Made by a program: the position numbers and the translations under genes | Assembly: GCA_003519375.1 (NCBI GenBank) | Contig: DOWV01000400.1 | Location: 11,054 to 47,052, forward strand | Source of the DNA: Bacteroidota bacterium | Lineage (GTDB): Bacteria > Bacteroidota > Ignavibacteria > UBA10030 | Reading direction: 5' to 3' | DNA length: 35,999 nucleotides | The notes under the pieces: model-generated | The model's database searches: none | What the model saw: the letters and a program-made list of their open reading frames with translations, nothing else | Told to the model about the DNA's origin: nothing | Shown: positions 9,161 to 19,198 of the stretch, in pieces | How positions within the stretch are numbered: position 1 is the stretch's first letter | Layout: every line of letters starts with the position of its first letter

Positions 9161-12100
9161 ATGTCAGCTCAAGATGCGAATTCGACGATAAAGCGCAAAA
9201 TGGTAACTATCGATGGTAATGAAGCGGCTGCATACTCCGCTCACAAATGCAGTGAAGTCATTGCCATTTATCCTATCACACCCTCCTCGACGATGGGTGA
9301 ATGGGCAGATGAGTGGTCTGCTCAGGGGAAGAAGAACATCTGGGGGTCGGTCCCCCTGGTGGCCGAGATGCAGAGTGAAGGCGGAGCTGCAGGAGCTGTT
9401 CACGGTGCGCTGCAGGCCGGAGCGCTCTCGACGACCTTTACGGCGTCGCAGGGTCTCCTCCTGATGATACCGAACATGTTCAAAATCGCGGGAGAGTTGA
9501 CCTCGACCGTGTTCCATGTTTCAGCGCGAACCGTTGCGACGCATGCCCTCTCCATCTTTGGCGATCACGGCGACGTCATGGCGGTCAGGACCACGGGCTG
9601 GGGCATGATCGCATCCAACTCCGTGCAGGAGATCCATGACACCGCCCTCATTGCACAAGCCGCATCTCTCGAAGCCCGGGTTCCCATTGTCCACTTTTTC
9701 GACGGATTCCGCTCTTCATCAGAAGTGATGAAGATGGAACAGCTGGCCGACTCGGATTATCGTCAAATGATCGACGATGAGCTGGTGTTCAAACACCGGC
9801 AGCGCGCGTTGACTCCAGAGAAACCCGTACTGCGCGGAACTGCTCAGAATCCCGATGTCTTCTTCCAGGCCCGTGAAGCCTGCAGCCCTTATTACTCGGC
9901 GTGCCCGGATATCGTCCAGAAAGCCATGGACAAGTTCGCCAAGATCGTCGGCCGCCAGTACAAGCTCTATGAATACTATGGGGCGCCCGACGCAGACAGG
10001 GTTCTGGTGATCATGGGTTCCGGCGCTGAAACCGCCCACGAGACCGTCGATTATCTCGTGAGCCAAGGAGAAAAAGTCGGCTTGCTCAAGGTCCGTCTCT
10101 TCCGGCCCTTCGCTTCCGAGTACTTTGTCAATGCGCTGCCCCCGACGGTGAAGAGCATCAGCGTGCTCGATCGCACGAAAGAACCGGGCGCGCCCGGTGA
10201 GCCGCTCTACATGGATGTGATCACGGCGTTGAGCGAGACCCTCTCAGCCGGGAAGGCGCCGTTCAAATCATTCCCGAAGGTGACGGGCGGTCGGTTTGGA
10301 CTTTCTTCAAAAGAATTCACCCCGACCATGGTGAAGGCGGTCTATGATGAGATGAAAAAGGACCAGCCGAAAAACCACTTTACGGTTGGTATCAACGATG
10401 ATCTCAGCAACACCAGCCTTTCGTACGATCACACGTTCAGCATCGAGCCGGACGATGTCGTGCGAGCCCTGTTCTTCGGCCTCGGTGCCGACGGAACGGT
10501 CGGAGCGAACAAGAACTCGATCAAGATCATCGGCGAAGACACTCAGAACTACGCTCAGGGGTACTTCGTCTACGATTCCAAGAAATCAGGATCGAGCACG
10601 GTCTCCCATCTCCGGTTCGGGCCGCGACCAATCCATTCCTGCTACCTGATCACGGAGTCGAACTTCGTCGCATGTCACCAGTGGTTCTTCCTCGAGAAAT
10701 TCGATGTGCTTCAGAGTGTCGTGAAGGGTGGAACGTTCCTGCTGAACAGTATCTATGGCCAGGATGAAGTATGGGCAAAACTGCCGCGCCACATCCAGGA
10801 AGGAATCATCAAGAAACAGTTGAAGTTCTATGTGATTGATGGATACAAAGTCGCTGCACAGACCGGCATGGGAGGTCGCGTCAACACGATCATGCAAACG
10901 TGTTTCTTCGCGATTTCGGGCGTGCTGCCGAAAGATCAGGCGATTGACGCCATCAAAAACTCTATCAAGAAGACGTATGGAAGGAAGGGCGAGTCGGTGG
11001 TCCAGAAGAACTTTGCAGCGGTCGATGCGACGCTTGCCAATCTCTTCGAAGTGAAGGTCCCGGACAAGGTGACGAGCACAATCGAGATGCCGCCGGTCGT
11101 TTCCCATGCGGCCCCCGATTTTGTGAAGGAGGTTACAGCAATGATCATCGCCGGGAAGGGCGATGAATTGTCGGTGAAGCAGATGCCGCAGGACGGCACA
11201 TTCCCTGTAGGCACTGCCCAGTGGGAAAAACGCAACATAGCGCTCGAAATTCCCGTGTGGGAATCGGAAATCTGCATTCAGTGTAACAAGTGCGTTCTGG
11301 TTTGCCCGCACGCGACGATTCGCGCGAAGATCTACGATCCGGCGAACCTCAAGAATGCTCCCGCGACGTTTAAGTCGATGGACTACAAAGGGACGGAATA
11401 CAAGGGAATGAAATACACCCTGCAGATTGCCCCTGAGGATTGCACGGGCTGTTCGCTGTGCGTCGAAGTCTGCCCGGCGAAGAGCAAGTCGCAGGTGAAG
11501 GTGAAAGCGATCAACATGAAATCGCAGCCGCCGATCCGGGAACTGGAACGAGCCAATTTCGACTTCTTCCTGAGTCTTCCCGAGATCGATCGCCGGACGG
11601 TCAAGACTGACACGGTGAAGGGATCTCAGCTGCTCCTGCCGTTGTTCGAGTTCTCAGGTGCATGCTCTGGCTGCGGAGAGACGCCGTATGTCAAGTTGGT
11701 CAGCCAGTTGTTTGGCGACCGGGCAGTGGTGGCAAACGCGACCGGCTGCTCCTCGATCTACGGTGCCAACCTGCCGACAACGCCCTGGACGAAGAATCAG
11801 GATGGCCGCGGACCGGCATGGTCGAATTCCCTGTTTGAAGACAATGCAGAGTTCGGACTCGGCATGCGTCTCACCATCGACAAAATGACCGAGATGGCGT
11901 GGGAACTCGTGGGGAAACTGGCAACCGAGATCGGAACCGACCTGGCGTCGGCGCTCCTGTCTGCGAATCAGTCCGATGAAGCGGGCATCTACGAGCAACG
12001 AGAGCGGGTGAAGATTCTCAAGGAGAAGCTCCAGAACGTCAAGACGCCGGAAGCCAGGAATCTGCTGAGTATCGCGGACAACCTCGTGAAGCGCAGCGTC

Positions 12101-12772
12101 TGGATCATGGGCGGCGACGGATGGGCATATGACATCGGCTACGGCGGACTCGATCACGTGATTGCGTCCGGAAGAAATGTCAACATCCTGGTGCTGGATA
12201 CCGAAGTCTATTCCAATACCGGCGGCCAGATGTCGAAGGCTACATTCCGCGGGGCGATTGCGAAGTTTGCCGCAGCTGGCAAGCAGACGCAGAAGAAGGA
12301 CCTTGCCCTGATGGCCCTGACGTACGGCAACGTGTATGTCGCGAAGATCGCGATGGGGTTCAATGATGCGCAAACCGTGCGTGCGATACTCGAAGCGGAA
12401 GCGTACGACGGCCCATCGCTCATCGTCGCGTACAGCCATTGTATCGCCCACGGTATCGACATGGCCAAAGGCATGAGGAATCAAAAGCTTGCGGTGGAAA
12501 CGGGTTACTTCCCGCTCTTCCGCTACAACCCGATGCTGGTCAAGGAAGGCAAGAATCCTCTGAAGCTCGATTCCAAGGCTCCGAAGCTTCCGTTGACCGA
12601 TTTCACGTCGCTGGAGACCAGGTTCAACATGCTCGAGAAGATTTATCCCGAGCGTGCGACCGAACTGAACAAGCTCGCAGCCGAAGATATCAAGAATCGA
12701 TGGGCGATGTACGAACAGCTTGCGGGAGGTGATGGAGAGAAGGCGACGGCAGAAAAGCCGCCGACGCCGTGA
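9161..12772 (+). CDS. nifJ: Pyruvate:ferredoxin (flavodoxin) oxidoreductase, single-polypeptide PFOR
   Basis: Collinear with my memory of Desulfovibrio africanus PFOR. Matching segments: TIDGNEAAAYSAHKCSEVIAIYPITPSSTMGEWADEW, two ferredoxin motifs (CIQCNKCVLVCPH, CTGCSLCVEVCP), the TPP region GGDGWAYDIGYGGLDH and FSGACSGCGETPY. ATG 9161 is preferred over the upstream TTG/GTG-type start at 9083. Confidence 0.95.
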   Translation: MSAQDANSTIKRKMVTIDGNEAAAYSAHKCSEVIAIYPITPSSTMGEWADEWSAQGKKNIWGSVPLVAEMQSEGGAAGAVHGALQAGALSTTFTASQGLLLMIPNMFKIAGELTSTVFHVSARTVATHALSIFGDHGDVMAVRTTGWGMIASNSVQEIHDTALIAQAASLEARVPIVHFFDGFRSSSEVMKMEQLADSDYRQMIDDELVFKHRQRALTPEKPVLRGTAQNPDVFFQAREACSPYYSACPDIVQKAMDKFAKIVGRQYKLYEYYGAPDADRVLVIMGSGAETAHETVDYLVSQGEKVGLLKVRLFRPFASEYFVNALPPTVKSISVLDRTKEPGAPGEPLYMDVITALSETLSAGKAPFKSFPKVTGGRFGLSSKEFTPTMVKAVYDEMKKDQPKNHFTVGINDDLSNTSLSYDHTFSIEPDDVVRALFFGLGADGTVGANKNSIKIIGEDTQNYAQGYFVYDSKKSGSSTVSHLRFGPRPIHSCYLITESNFVACHQWFFLEKFDVLQSVVKGGTFLLNSIYGQDEVWAKLPRHIQEGIIKKQLKFYVIDGYKVAAQTGMGGRVNTIMQTCFFAISGVLPKDQAIDAIKNSIKKTYGRKGESVVQKNFAAVDATLANLFEVKVPDKVTSTIEMPPVVSHAAPDFVKEVTAMIIAGKGDELSVKQMPQDGTFPVGTAQWEKRNIALEIPVWESEICIQCNKCVLVCPHATIRAKIYDPANLKNAPATFKSMDYKGTEYKGMKYTLQIAPEDCTGCSLCVEVCPAKSKSQVKVKAINMKSQPPIRELERANFDFFLSLPEIDRRTVKTDTVKGSQLLLPLFEFSGACSGCGETPYVKLVSQLFGDRAVVANATGCSSIYGANLPTTPWTKNQDGRGPAWSNSLFEDNAEFGLGMRLTIDKMTEMAWELVGKLATEIGTDLASALLSANQSDEAGIYEQRERVKILKEKLQNVKTPEARNLLSIADNLVKRSVWIMGGDGWAYDIGYGGLDHVIASGRNVNILVLDTEVYSNTGGQMSKATFRGAIAKFAAAGKQTQKKDLALMALTYGNVYVAKIAMGFNDAQTVRAILEAEAYDGPSLIVAYSHCIAHGIDMAKGMRNQKLAVETGYFPLFRYNPMLVKEGKNPLKLDSKAPKLPLTDFTSLETRFNMLEKIYPERATELNKLAAEDIKNRWAMYEQLAGGDGEKATAEKPPTP

Positions 12773-12842
12773 GGGTTGTTTGGGACCGCACACTTCCTGA
12801 AAAAGACTATCACCTCAGACATTGAATGAAGGACTTGGAACT

Positions 12843-13838
12843 ATGGATCTGAAAACTACATATCTCGGCCTGAAGCTGAAGAATCCTCTCGTGCCTTCCG
12901 CGAGTCCGCTCTCGAGGAACGTCGACAGCATGAAACGCCTCGAGGATGCGGGGGCATCGGCAGTTGTGATGTACTCGTTGTTCGAGGAGCAGATCGCTCA
13001 CGACGCCGCCGAGCTGGAGCACTACCTCGAATATGGATCGCACAGCCAGCCTGAAGCAATGGATTATTTCCCGCGCCCGGAGGAGTACAATCTGGGACCG
13101 GATCAGTATGTGGAGCTTCTGCATAGTGCAAAACAAGCCCTCGGAATCCCCGTTATTGGCAGCCTCAACGGGATTTCCACGGGCGGATGGATTGACTATG
13201 CGAAGAAACTGGAGCAGGCCGGTGCGGATGCACTCGAACTGAATATCTACTATATTCCGACCGACCCCGTTTTGTCAAGTCAGGAGGTGGAAGAGCGCTA
13301 TGTGAACGTCCTCCTTGCCGTCAAACGGGCAGTGCGTATCCCGGTGGCGGTGAAGCTGAGCCCTTATTTCAGTTCGTTCGCCAATGTTGCCGCCCGCCTC
13401 GACAAGGCAGGGGCAAACGGTCTCGTGCTGTTTAACAGGTTCTACCAGCCCGACTTCGATCTGGAAGCGCTGGAAGTTTCTCCGAACGTACTGCTGAGCA
13501 CATCCGATGCCATCCGGCTTCCGCTTCGCTGGATCGCAATCCTGCATGGCATGGTAAAAACCAGTCTCGCCGGAACGAGCGGCGTGCACACAGCGGAAGA
13601 TGTCATCAAGTTGATCATGGCCGGCGCGGATGTTGCGATGATGTGTTCCGCGCTTCTCAAGCATGGACCGAAGCATCTGACCATGGTTCTCGAAGGGCTG
13701 AATAAGTGGATGGTGGAACACGAATATCTCTCCGTAGAGCAAATGAAAGGAAGCATGAGCCAGGCTTCTGTGGCAGACCCCGCGGCGTTTGAGCGGGCAA
13801 ACTACATGAAGGCTCTCAACCGGTTCAAACAATCCTAG
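12843..13838 (+). CDS. Dihydroorotate dehydrogenase-like (class-1 DHOD/DHPD fold) flavoprotein of unknown role
   Basis: [23 protein letters not shown]... is a TIM-barrel PyrD-family pattern. GAAGGA lies about 10 nt upstream of ATG 12843. The gene follows nifJ after a 70-bp gap. Confidence 0.75.
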   Translation: MDLKTTYLGLKLKNPLVPSASPLSRNVDSMKRLEDAGASAVVMYSLFEEQIAHDAAELEHYLEYGSHSQPEAMDYFPRPEEYNLGPDQYVELLHSAKQALGIPVIGSLNGISTGGWIDYAKKLEQAGADALELNIYYIPTDPVLSSQEVEERYVNVLLAVKRAVRIPVAVKLSPYFSSFANVAARLDKAGANGLVLFNRFYQPDFDLEALEVSPNVLLSTSDAIRLPLRWIAILHGMVKTSLAGTSGVHTAEDVIKLIMAGADVAMMCSALLKHGPKHLTMVLEGLNKWMVEHEYLSVEQMKGSMSQASVADPAAFERANYMKALNRFKQS

Positions 13839-13869
13839 TCACAATTCTGCAAACAAACACCGATCACAA

Positions 13870-14247
13870 GTGGCCAAAACATCGAAGAAGCGTCGGGGTT
13901 CATCGCCGATGCGGAAGCTCAAAGCGACGTTGACCGAGATGGCGGTAACGCCACCAACGGCGTCGTTTAAGGAGGGGGAGCGATACATCTGTGCTGTGTG
14001 CGAGCTCCCCGTCAGGCAGTGCAACGCCGACGAAACGAAGCGATGTTCCAGCATGTTGCTCGTGGGGACGCAGCTGCAATTGCTTCGTCAGACAGGGAAA
14101 GGGCGTCCAATTCTCTGCCTCCGATGCGGAAGGGCGATCCCGAAGCGAGCCCTGATCAAAAACCCTCTCGCAGAGCTTTGTCCAAGCTGTCAGCAGTCTT
14201 CTCCAAAGTTCAAATCCTCCCAGCGGTCGAAAGGAGCTTCCCGATGA
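13870..14247 (+). CDS. Small basic TraR/DksA-type C4 zinc-finger protein
   Basis: 125 aa with a GTG start. The C-terminal [39 protein letters not shown] fits the TraR/DksA finger (CxxC-x17-CxxC), and there is an additional [11 protein letters not shown]. Its stop overlaps the maeB ATG (ATGA at 14244-14247). Confidence 0.55.
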   Translation: MAKTSKKRRGSSPMRKLKATLTEMAVTPPTASFKEGERYICAVCELPVRQCNADETKRCSSMLLVGTQLQLLRQTGKGRPILCLRCGRAIPKRALIKNPLAELCPSCQQSSPKFKSSQRSKGASR

Positions 14248-16565
14248 TTCGCAAACAAGAAGCGTTAGACTACCACTCCCAAGGTAGGAGAGGAAAGATC
14301 GAAGTCGTTTCGACGAAACCATGTCAGACTCAGCGTGACCTCTCGCTCGCCTACACTCCGGGAGTCGCAGAGCCATGTCTTGACATCCACGCAAACCCCG
14401 ACGATGCCTATCTCTACACGGCAAAAGGGAACCTCGTTGCGGTGGTTTCCAACGGCACCGCGGTTCTGGGACTGGGCGACATCGGCGCATTGGCCGGCAA
14501 ACCGGTGATGGAGGGGAAAGGAGTCCTCTTCAAGAGGTTCGGCGACATCGATGTCTTTGACATAGAGCTCGATTCGCATAATCCTGATGACATCATCAAG
14601 GCAGTAAGAATGCTGGAACCGACATTCGGCGGCATCAACCTGGAAGATATCAAAGCGCCTGAGTGTTTCTACATCGAAGAGGAACTCAAGAAAGTCATGA
14701 ACATACCGGTGTTCCATGATGATCAACACGGTACAGCGATCATCAGCGGAGCGGCGCTGGTGAATGCACTGGAGGTTGTCGGCAAGAAGATCGACAAAGT
14801 GAAGGTGGTCTTCAGCGGCGCCGGTGCCGCAGGCATCGCCTGTGCAAAGTTGTATGAAAAGCTCGGTGTTCTCCGGCAAAACATGATCCTTGTTGACACG
14901 AAGGGCGTTGTCCACAAAGGACGCACCGAAGGGATGAACAAGTACAAAGAGTATTTCGCTACCGATACGAATGCCCGGACGCTCGAGGACGCCATGAAGG
15001 GTGCGGATGTCTTCTGCGGCGTTTCGGCGAAAGGCATTGTGTCGCAAGCGATGATCCGTTCGATGGCCGATCATCCTGTCGTTTTCGCAATGGCGAACCC
15101 TGATCCGGAGATCTCGTATGAAGATGCGCTGGCTGCCCGGGATGACGTCATTATGGCGACGGGCCGGTCCGATTACCCAAACCAGGTGAATAACGTTCTC
15201 GGCTTCCCGTTCATTTTCCGCGGTGCGCTGGATGTCAGGGCAAAGATGATCAACGACGAAATGAAGATCGCCGCTTCCCGGGCGCTCGCCAAGCTGGCGA
15301 AACAGGAAGTCCCCGATTCAGTGATCCGGGCATACGGCGGCAAAAAAATCGAGTTCGGGAAGGAATATATTATCCCGAAGCCGTTCGATCCCCGCGTCCT
15401 CATTTGGGAGGCCACGGCGGTAGCCCGCGCGGCAATGGAGAGCGGTGTGGCGCGCGTTCCCATCAAAGACTTTGAACAATATCGCGATTCGCTCGAAGCG
15501 CGCCTCGGCAAGTCCAGAGAAGTCATGCGCTTCTTTATCCACAAAGCGCGCACCGAACCAAAGCGCGTGGTGTTCCCGGAGGGTGAGGAAGAGAAGATCC
15601 TCAGGGCCGCACAGCAGATGCTCGATGAAGGATTGGCCAAACCGATCCTTCTTGGCAGCAGGTCCCGCATCAGGCAGCGAATTGCCGACCTCGGTCTCGA
15701 CCTGACCGGCGCGGAGATTGTCAATCCAAGCAAGTCCCCCAGGTTCGATGAATACGTTACGGGGTTCTATTTAAACCGCCAGCGCAAAGGACTGACCCGC
15801 GTAGACGCAGAGCGGCGGATGAAGACACACAATGTGTTCGGCATGATGATGGTCGACATGGATGACGCCGACGGGCTGATTTCCGGTCTGACTCAGCATT
15901 ATCCGGACACCGTGAAGCCTGCTCTTCAGATCATCGGAAAGAGAGACGGGGTTCGCATCATCGCCGGCCTCTACATGATGGTGTTCAAGAATCAGACGAT
16001 CTTCATCGCCGATGCGACGGTGAATATTGATCCGACAGCGGAGGAGTTGGCAGAGATCGCGCTGCTCGCGGCTGAAAAAGTGCGGCAGTTTGATATCGAG
16101 CCGCGTGTTGCCATGCTTTCGTTCAGCAACTTTGGCAGCTCCAATCATCCCTCGGTCGAAAAAGTCCGAACGGCGACCGCCATCGTGAAACGACGCGCTC
16201 CCGATCTCATCGTCGATGGCGAGATGCAGGCCGACACTGCGCTGTCTCCCGACATTATCTCGGAAGTCTACCCGTTCACGAGTCTCAAGGGATCGGCGAA
16301 CGTCCTGATTTGCCCGGATCTTACTTCCGCGAACATTGCGTACAAACTCCTCGCCCGATTGGGCGGTGCGGTAGCTATCGGACCGATTCTTGTCGGAATG
16401 CGAAAGCCGGTTTATCTGCTGATCCCCGGGTCTGATGTGAGCGACATCGTCAACATCACGGCAATGGCAGTCTACGAGTCGCAGATGCAAAGCAAATCCG
16501 GTTCAAAGGGATCTGAGATCGTCGAACGATTCAAGGGAGCTTTGCAGGGAGCAGAGACAACGTAG
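14244..16565 (+). CDS. maeB: NADP-dependent malic enzyme with C-terminal phosphotransacetylase-like domain (MaeB type)
   Basis: AAGGAG at 14231-14236 precedes ATG 14244. Contains [39 protein letters not shown] and [11 protein letters not shown], then a PTA-like C-terminal half. The ORF-track N-terminal extension from 13998 has no malic-enzyme similarity. Confidence 0.92.
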   Translation: MIRKQEALDYHSQGRRGKIEVVSTKPCQTQRDLSLAYTPGVAEPCLDIHANPDDAYLYTAKGNLVAVVSNGTAVLGLGDIGALAGKPVMEGKGVLFKRFGDIDVFDIELDSHNPDDIIKAVRMLEPTFGGINLEDIKAPECFYIEEELKKVMNIPVFHDDQHGTAIISGAALVNALEVVGKKIDKVKVVFSGAGAAGIACAKLYEKLGVLRQNMILVDTKGVVHKGRTEGMNKYKEYFATDTNARTLEDAMKGADVFCGVSAKGIVSQAMIRSMADHPVVFAMANPDPEISYEDALAARDDVIMATGRSDYPNQVNNVLGFPFIFRGALDVRAKMINDEMKIAASRALAKLAKQEVPDSVIRAYGGKKIEFGKEYIIPKPFDPRVLIWEATAVARAAMESGVARVPIKDFEQYRDSLEARLGKSREVMRFFIHKARTEPKRVVFPEGEEEKILRAAQQMLDEGLAKPILLGSRSRIRQRIADLGLDLTGAEIVNPSKSPRFDEYVTGFYLNRQRKGLTRVDAERRMKTHNVFGMMMVDMDDADGLISGLTQHYPDTVKPALQIIGKRDGVRIIAGLYMMVFKNQTIFIADATVNIDPTAEELAEIALLAAEKVRQFDIEPRVAMLSFSNFGSSNHPSVEKVRTATAIVKRRAPDLIVDGEMQADTALSPDIISEVYPFTSLKGSANVLICPDLTSANIAYKLLARLGGAVAIGPILVGMRKPVYLLIPGSDVSDIVNITAMAVYESQMQSKSGSKGSEIVERFKGALQGAETT

Positions 16566-16840
16566 CATCCGGTTTGAGCCGATGTCTCCCGGCCGCAGCG
16601 TGCTTCGATCGTGAATGTTGAGGCGCAGATTTGAGAAAGCCGCTCGCGCGGGAGGTCTTATCCGGTTTGCGAAATCCAGGCTCCGACTTCGCAAAACTGA
16701 AGAGATGTTCTCGTTGTTGTCAGTCACCGTCCTTGCTTCTCGCCCAATCTCCGCATGAAAGATTGGAATGATTCTTGCGGAGACTTTGGTTTGAACAGGA
16801 ATGGCGATAAACCAACTCACTTCATTCGGAGGGGATCGCT

Positions 16841-17503
16841 ATGAGTGCTTCAAAGTTGTTCCTTCATATCTCACTTGTCCTCGTTTCAATCCTTGTCATG
16901 GCCCTTGTCATCAGTGGCTGTCAGAAAAAGGAAGGAGAAGGAGCAAAACCAGAGGTCGCGCAGCAAGCTGCTGCTTCGGCGTCGATGGAGAATCTGAAAA
17001 CGGCGTATGCTGGCGCAGCGAAGAATATTGACTGGTACGACAAATTCTCCAAGCAGGCGCAGAAGGAAAACCTGGGAGATATCTCAGTTCTTTTCAAAGC
17101 GTTGGCACGCTCGGAAAAAGTACATGCGGACATGTTCGCATCGCTCCTAAAGACCAAAGGGGTAGAAGTTACTGCTCCAGCCGCCGAACCGTTGCCAGTT
17201 GGGAAAGCTCGCCAGTATCTTAAGCGTGCCGCGAGCAGCGAAGCGGTTGAGCAGTCTGTTCTCGCAACGTATGAGAAGGTGGCGATCGATGAACAGTTCG
17301 CCGAGGCGGCAGAGCTTTTCAGAAGGTCACGGGGAGCTGATGAGCGACATGCCCGTCTTCTCAGCAGAGCCATTGAAATGGAAACCAACTTTGCCCGATT
17401 GCCTTATGTTATGTGCCCGGAATGCGGCTACATCGTGGGATCAGACAAGATGGACTCATGTCTTGTCTGTAAGTTACCGAAGGAGAAGTTCCAGAAGATC
17501 TAG
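16841..17503 (+). CDS. Rubrerythrin-family protein with N-terminal lipoprotein-type signal peptide
   Basis: GGAGGGG RBS. The signal and lipobox read ...LVMALVISGC. The four-helix-bundle region aligns residue by residue with D. vulgaris rubrerythrin as I remember it (NLKTAYAGAAKN.., SEKVHA, SEAVEQ, ADERHA). The C-terminal rubredoxin-like CPECG-x11-CLVC is present. Confidence 0.75.
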   Translation: MSASKLFLHISLVLVSILVMALVISGCQKKEGEGAKPEVAQQAAASASMENLKTAYAGAAKNIDWYDKFSKQAQKENLGDISVLFKALARSEKVHADMFASLLKTKGVEVTAPAAEPLPVGKARQYLKRAASSEAVEQSVLATYEKVAIDEQFAEAAELFRRSRGADERHARLLSRAIEMETNFARLPYVMCPECGYIVGSDKMDSCLVCKLPKEKFQKI

Positions 17504-17574
17504 GCAGGAGGATGAGCGTTCCGGTGCGCTGAGGTCACCCATAGCACACCAAACCGAATAACCGACAGACTCCA

Positions 17575-18726
17575 ATGTCAACATCACGGATGTATCGGAT
17601 CGAACCGGATGCACTCAACGAACTCATACAATCACTTCAAAAAGAACGTTACACGGTCATAGGTCCCACCCTCCGGGGTGAGGCTATCGTCCTCGATACA
17701 ATAACCTCAGCGTCGGAATTGCCCGTCGGGAAAACTGACGAGCAGTCTCCTGCAAAGTACCGCCTTGTGGACAAAGCGGAGAAGACCTTCTTTGGCGCCT
17801 CCGTAGGTCCCCATTCCTGGAAGCAGTTTCTCTTTCCCCCGACCCTTAAAATCTTCTCTGCCCGCAAAAGGGGGGAGACCTTTGAGGTGTCCGAAGATAT
17901 CGAAAGTCCTGAAAGCTCTGAACGGTATGCTTTCCTTGGCGTGCGCGCGTGCGATCTCAGCGCCATCCAGATCCAGGACAAGGTGTTTGGCGGAGGGGCG
18001 TACCGTGATCCTGCGTACTTACGGCTTCGGCATCAAGCCTTTATCGTCGCGGTGAACTGTACGCGCGCGGGCGGAACCTGCTTCTGCACCTCTCTTCGTA
18101 CCGGACCCCGCGCACGGGTAGGCTTCGACCTGGCAATCACCGAGGTGATCGATCACGGCCACTATCTTCTCGTCGAGGTCGGTACAGACAAGGGAGAAGC
18201 CGTTCTGAGCAGTGTGACCCGCCGGCCCGCCCAGGACGAAGAGATCGAGGGTGCCGAACACGCTATACGCGCGGCAGCCCAGCTGACGGGTCGATCTCTG
18301 GAGCCGGACCAAACGCGGGAGATTCTGTATTCGAACACGGAACATCCGCGGTGGGATGTCGTCGCCCAGCGGTGTCTTTCATGCGCCAACTGCACCATGG
18401 TCTGCCCGACATGCTTCTGCACCAATGTCGAGGATGTAACCGACCTTACAGGATCAGTCGCAGATCGGGTGCGAAAGTGGGATTCCTGCTTCACTCTTGA
18501 TTTTTCCTACATTCACGGAGGAAGTGTTCGGCCATCGTCGAGAGCTCGGTACCGTCACTGGATTACGCATAAACTTGCTTCATGGGTGGACCAGTTCGGC
18601 ACAACCGGCTGTGTTGGGTGCGGCCGATGCATTACCTGGTGCCCGGTTGGGATTGATATCACCGAAGAATTCAGAGTCATTCGAGAGACCTATCTGTTAA
18701 ACGCCAGAGGTAAGAGCTCAACTTAG
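17575..18726 (+). CDS. Group 3b [NiFe]-hydrogenase beta subunit (HydB/AsrA-like 4Fe-4S protein)
   Basis: 383 aa with two ferredoxin-type motifs, [16 protein letters not shown] and [14 protein letters not shown]. It is the first gene of the hydrogenase operon. Confidence 0.8.
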   Translation: MSTSRMYRIEPDALNELIQSLQKERYTVIGPTLRGEAIVLDTITSASELPVGKTDEQSPAKYRLVDKAEKTFFGASVGPHSWKQFLFPPTLKIFSARKRGETFEVSEDIESPESSERYAFLGVRACDLSAIQIQDKVFGGGAYRDPAYLRLRHQAFIVAVNCTRAGGTCFCTSLRTGPRARVGFDLAITEVIDHGHYLLVEVGTDKGEAVLSSVTRRPAQDEEIEGAEHAIRAAAQLTGRSLEPDQTREILYSNTEHPRWDVVAQRCLSCANCTMVCPTCFCTNVEDVTDLTGSVADRVRKWDSCFTLDFSYIHGGSVRPSSRARYRHWITHKLASWVDQFGTTGCVGCGRCITWCPVGIDITEEFRVIRETYLLNARGKSST

Positions 18727-18736
18727 GAGAGGACCC

Positions 18737-19198
18737 ATGGAAACCCTTGAACGCATTCTCGCCCAGCACCAGTTTTTCAAAGATCTGAGCCCGGAGTATC
18801 TAACGCTCGTGACAGGTTGCGCCTCGAACGTGCGGTTCGAACAGGATCAGAATATCTTTCGGGTGGGGGACGAGGCGAATCAGTTCTACCTCATTCGGGA
18901 AGGGCGCATCGCTCTCCAGCTCTTCTCCCCGGATCGCGGCCACATTACGGTCGAGACGCTGAGTGAGGGTGATATCCTGGGATGGTCCTGGTTGATACCT
19001 CCATACTACTATGTGTTTGATGCAAAGGTTCTGGATGTGACCCGCGCCATCGCACTCGATGGCAAGTGTCTCCGCCGCAAGTGCGAAGAGGACCACAACC
19101 TTGGATACGAACTTTTGAAACGCTTCTCCAGTCTTCTGGAACATCGTCTCGAAACTACCCGACTACAACTACTAGATCTCTATGGCGTCCGTTCTTGA
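18737..19198 (+). CDS. Stand-alone cyclic-nucleotide-binding-domain (Crp/Fnr N-terminal fold) protein, no DNA-binding domain
   Basis: 153 aa. [10 protein letters not shown]...[20 protein letters not shown]...[12 protein letters not shown] is a cNMP-type beta-barrel followed by a C-helix. GAGAGG RBS at 18727-18732. There is a 10-bp gap to the beta subunit gene and a 17-nt overlap with the next ORF. Confidence 0.8.
   Translation: METLERILAQHQFFKDLSPEYLTLVTGCASNVRFEQDQNIFRVGDEANQFYLIREGRIALQLFSPDRGHITVETLSEGDILGWSWLIPPYYYVFDAKVLDVTRAIALDGKCLRRKCEEDHNLGYELLKRFSSLLEHRLETTRLQLLDLYGVRS

Noticed and set aside
10586-12793. Long minus-strand ORFs (241 aa and 379 aa) inside the PFOR gene
   Set aside because: They are antisense shadows of a very strongly supported PFOR coding frame, with low-complexity Arg/Leu/His-rich translations and no motifs.
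13998-14243. 82-codon N-terminal extension of the malic enzyme ORF given by the ORF track
   Set aside because: The extension has no malic-enzyme similarity and overlaps the zinc-finger ORF in another frame. An AAGGAG RBS precedes ATG 14244, which gives the canonical MaeB N-terminus.
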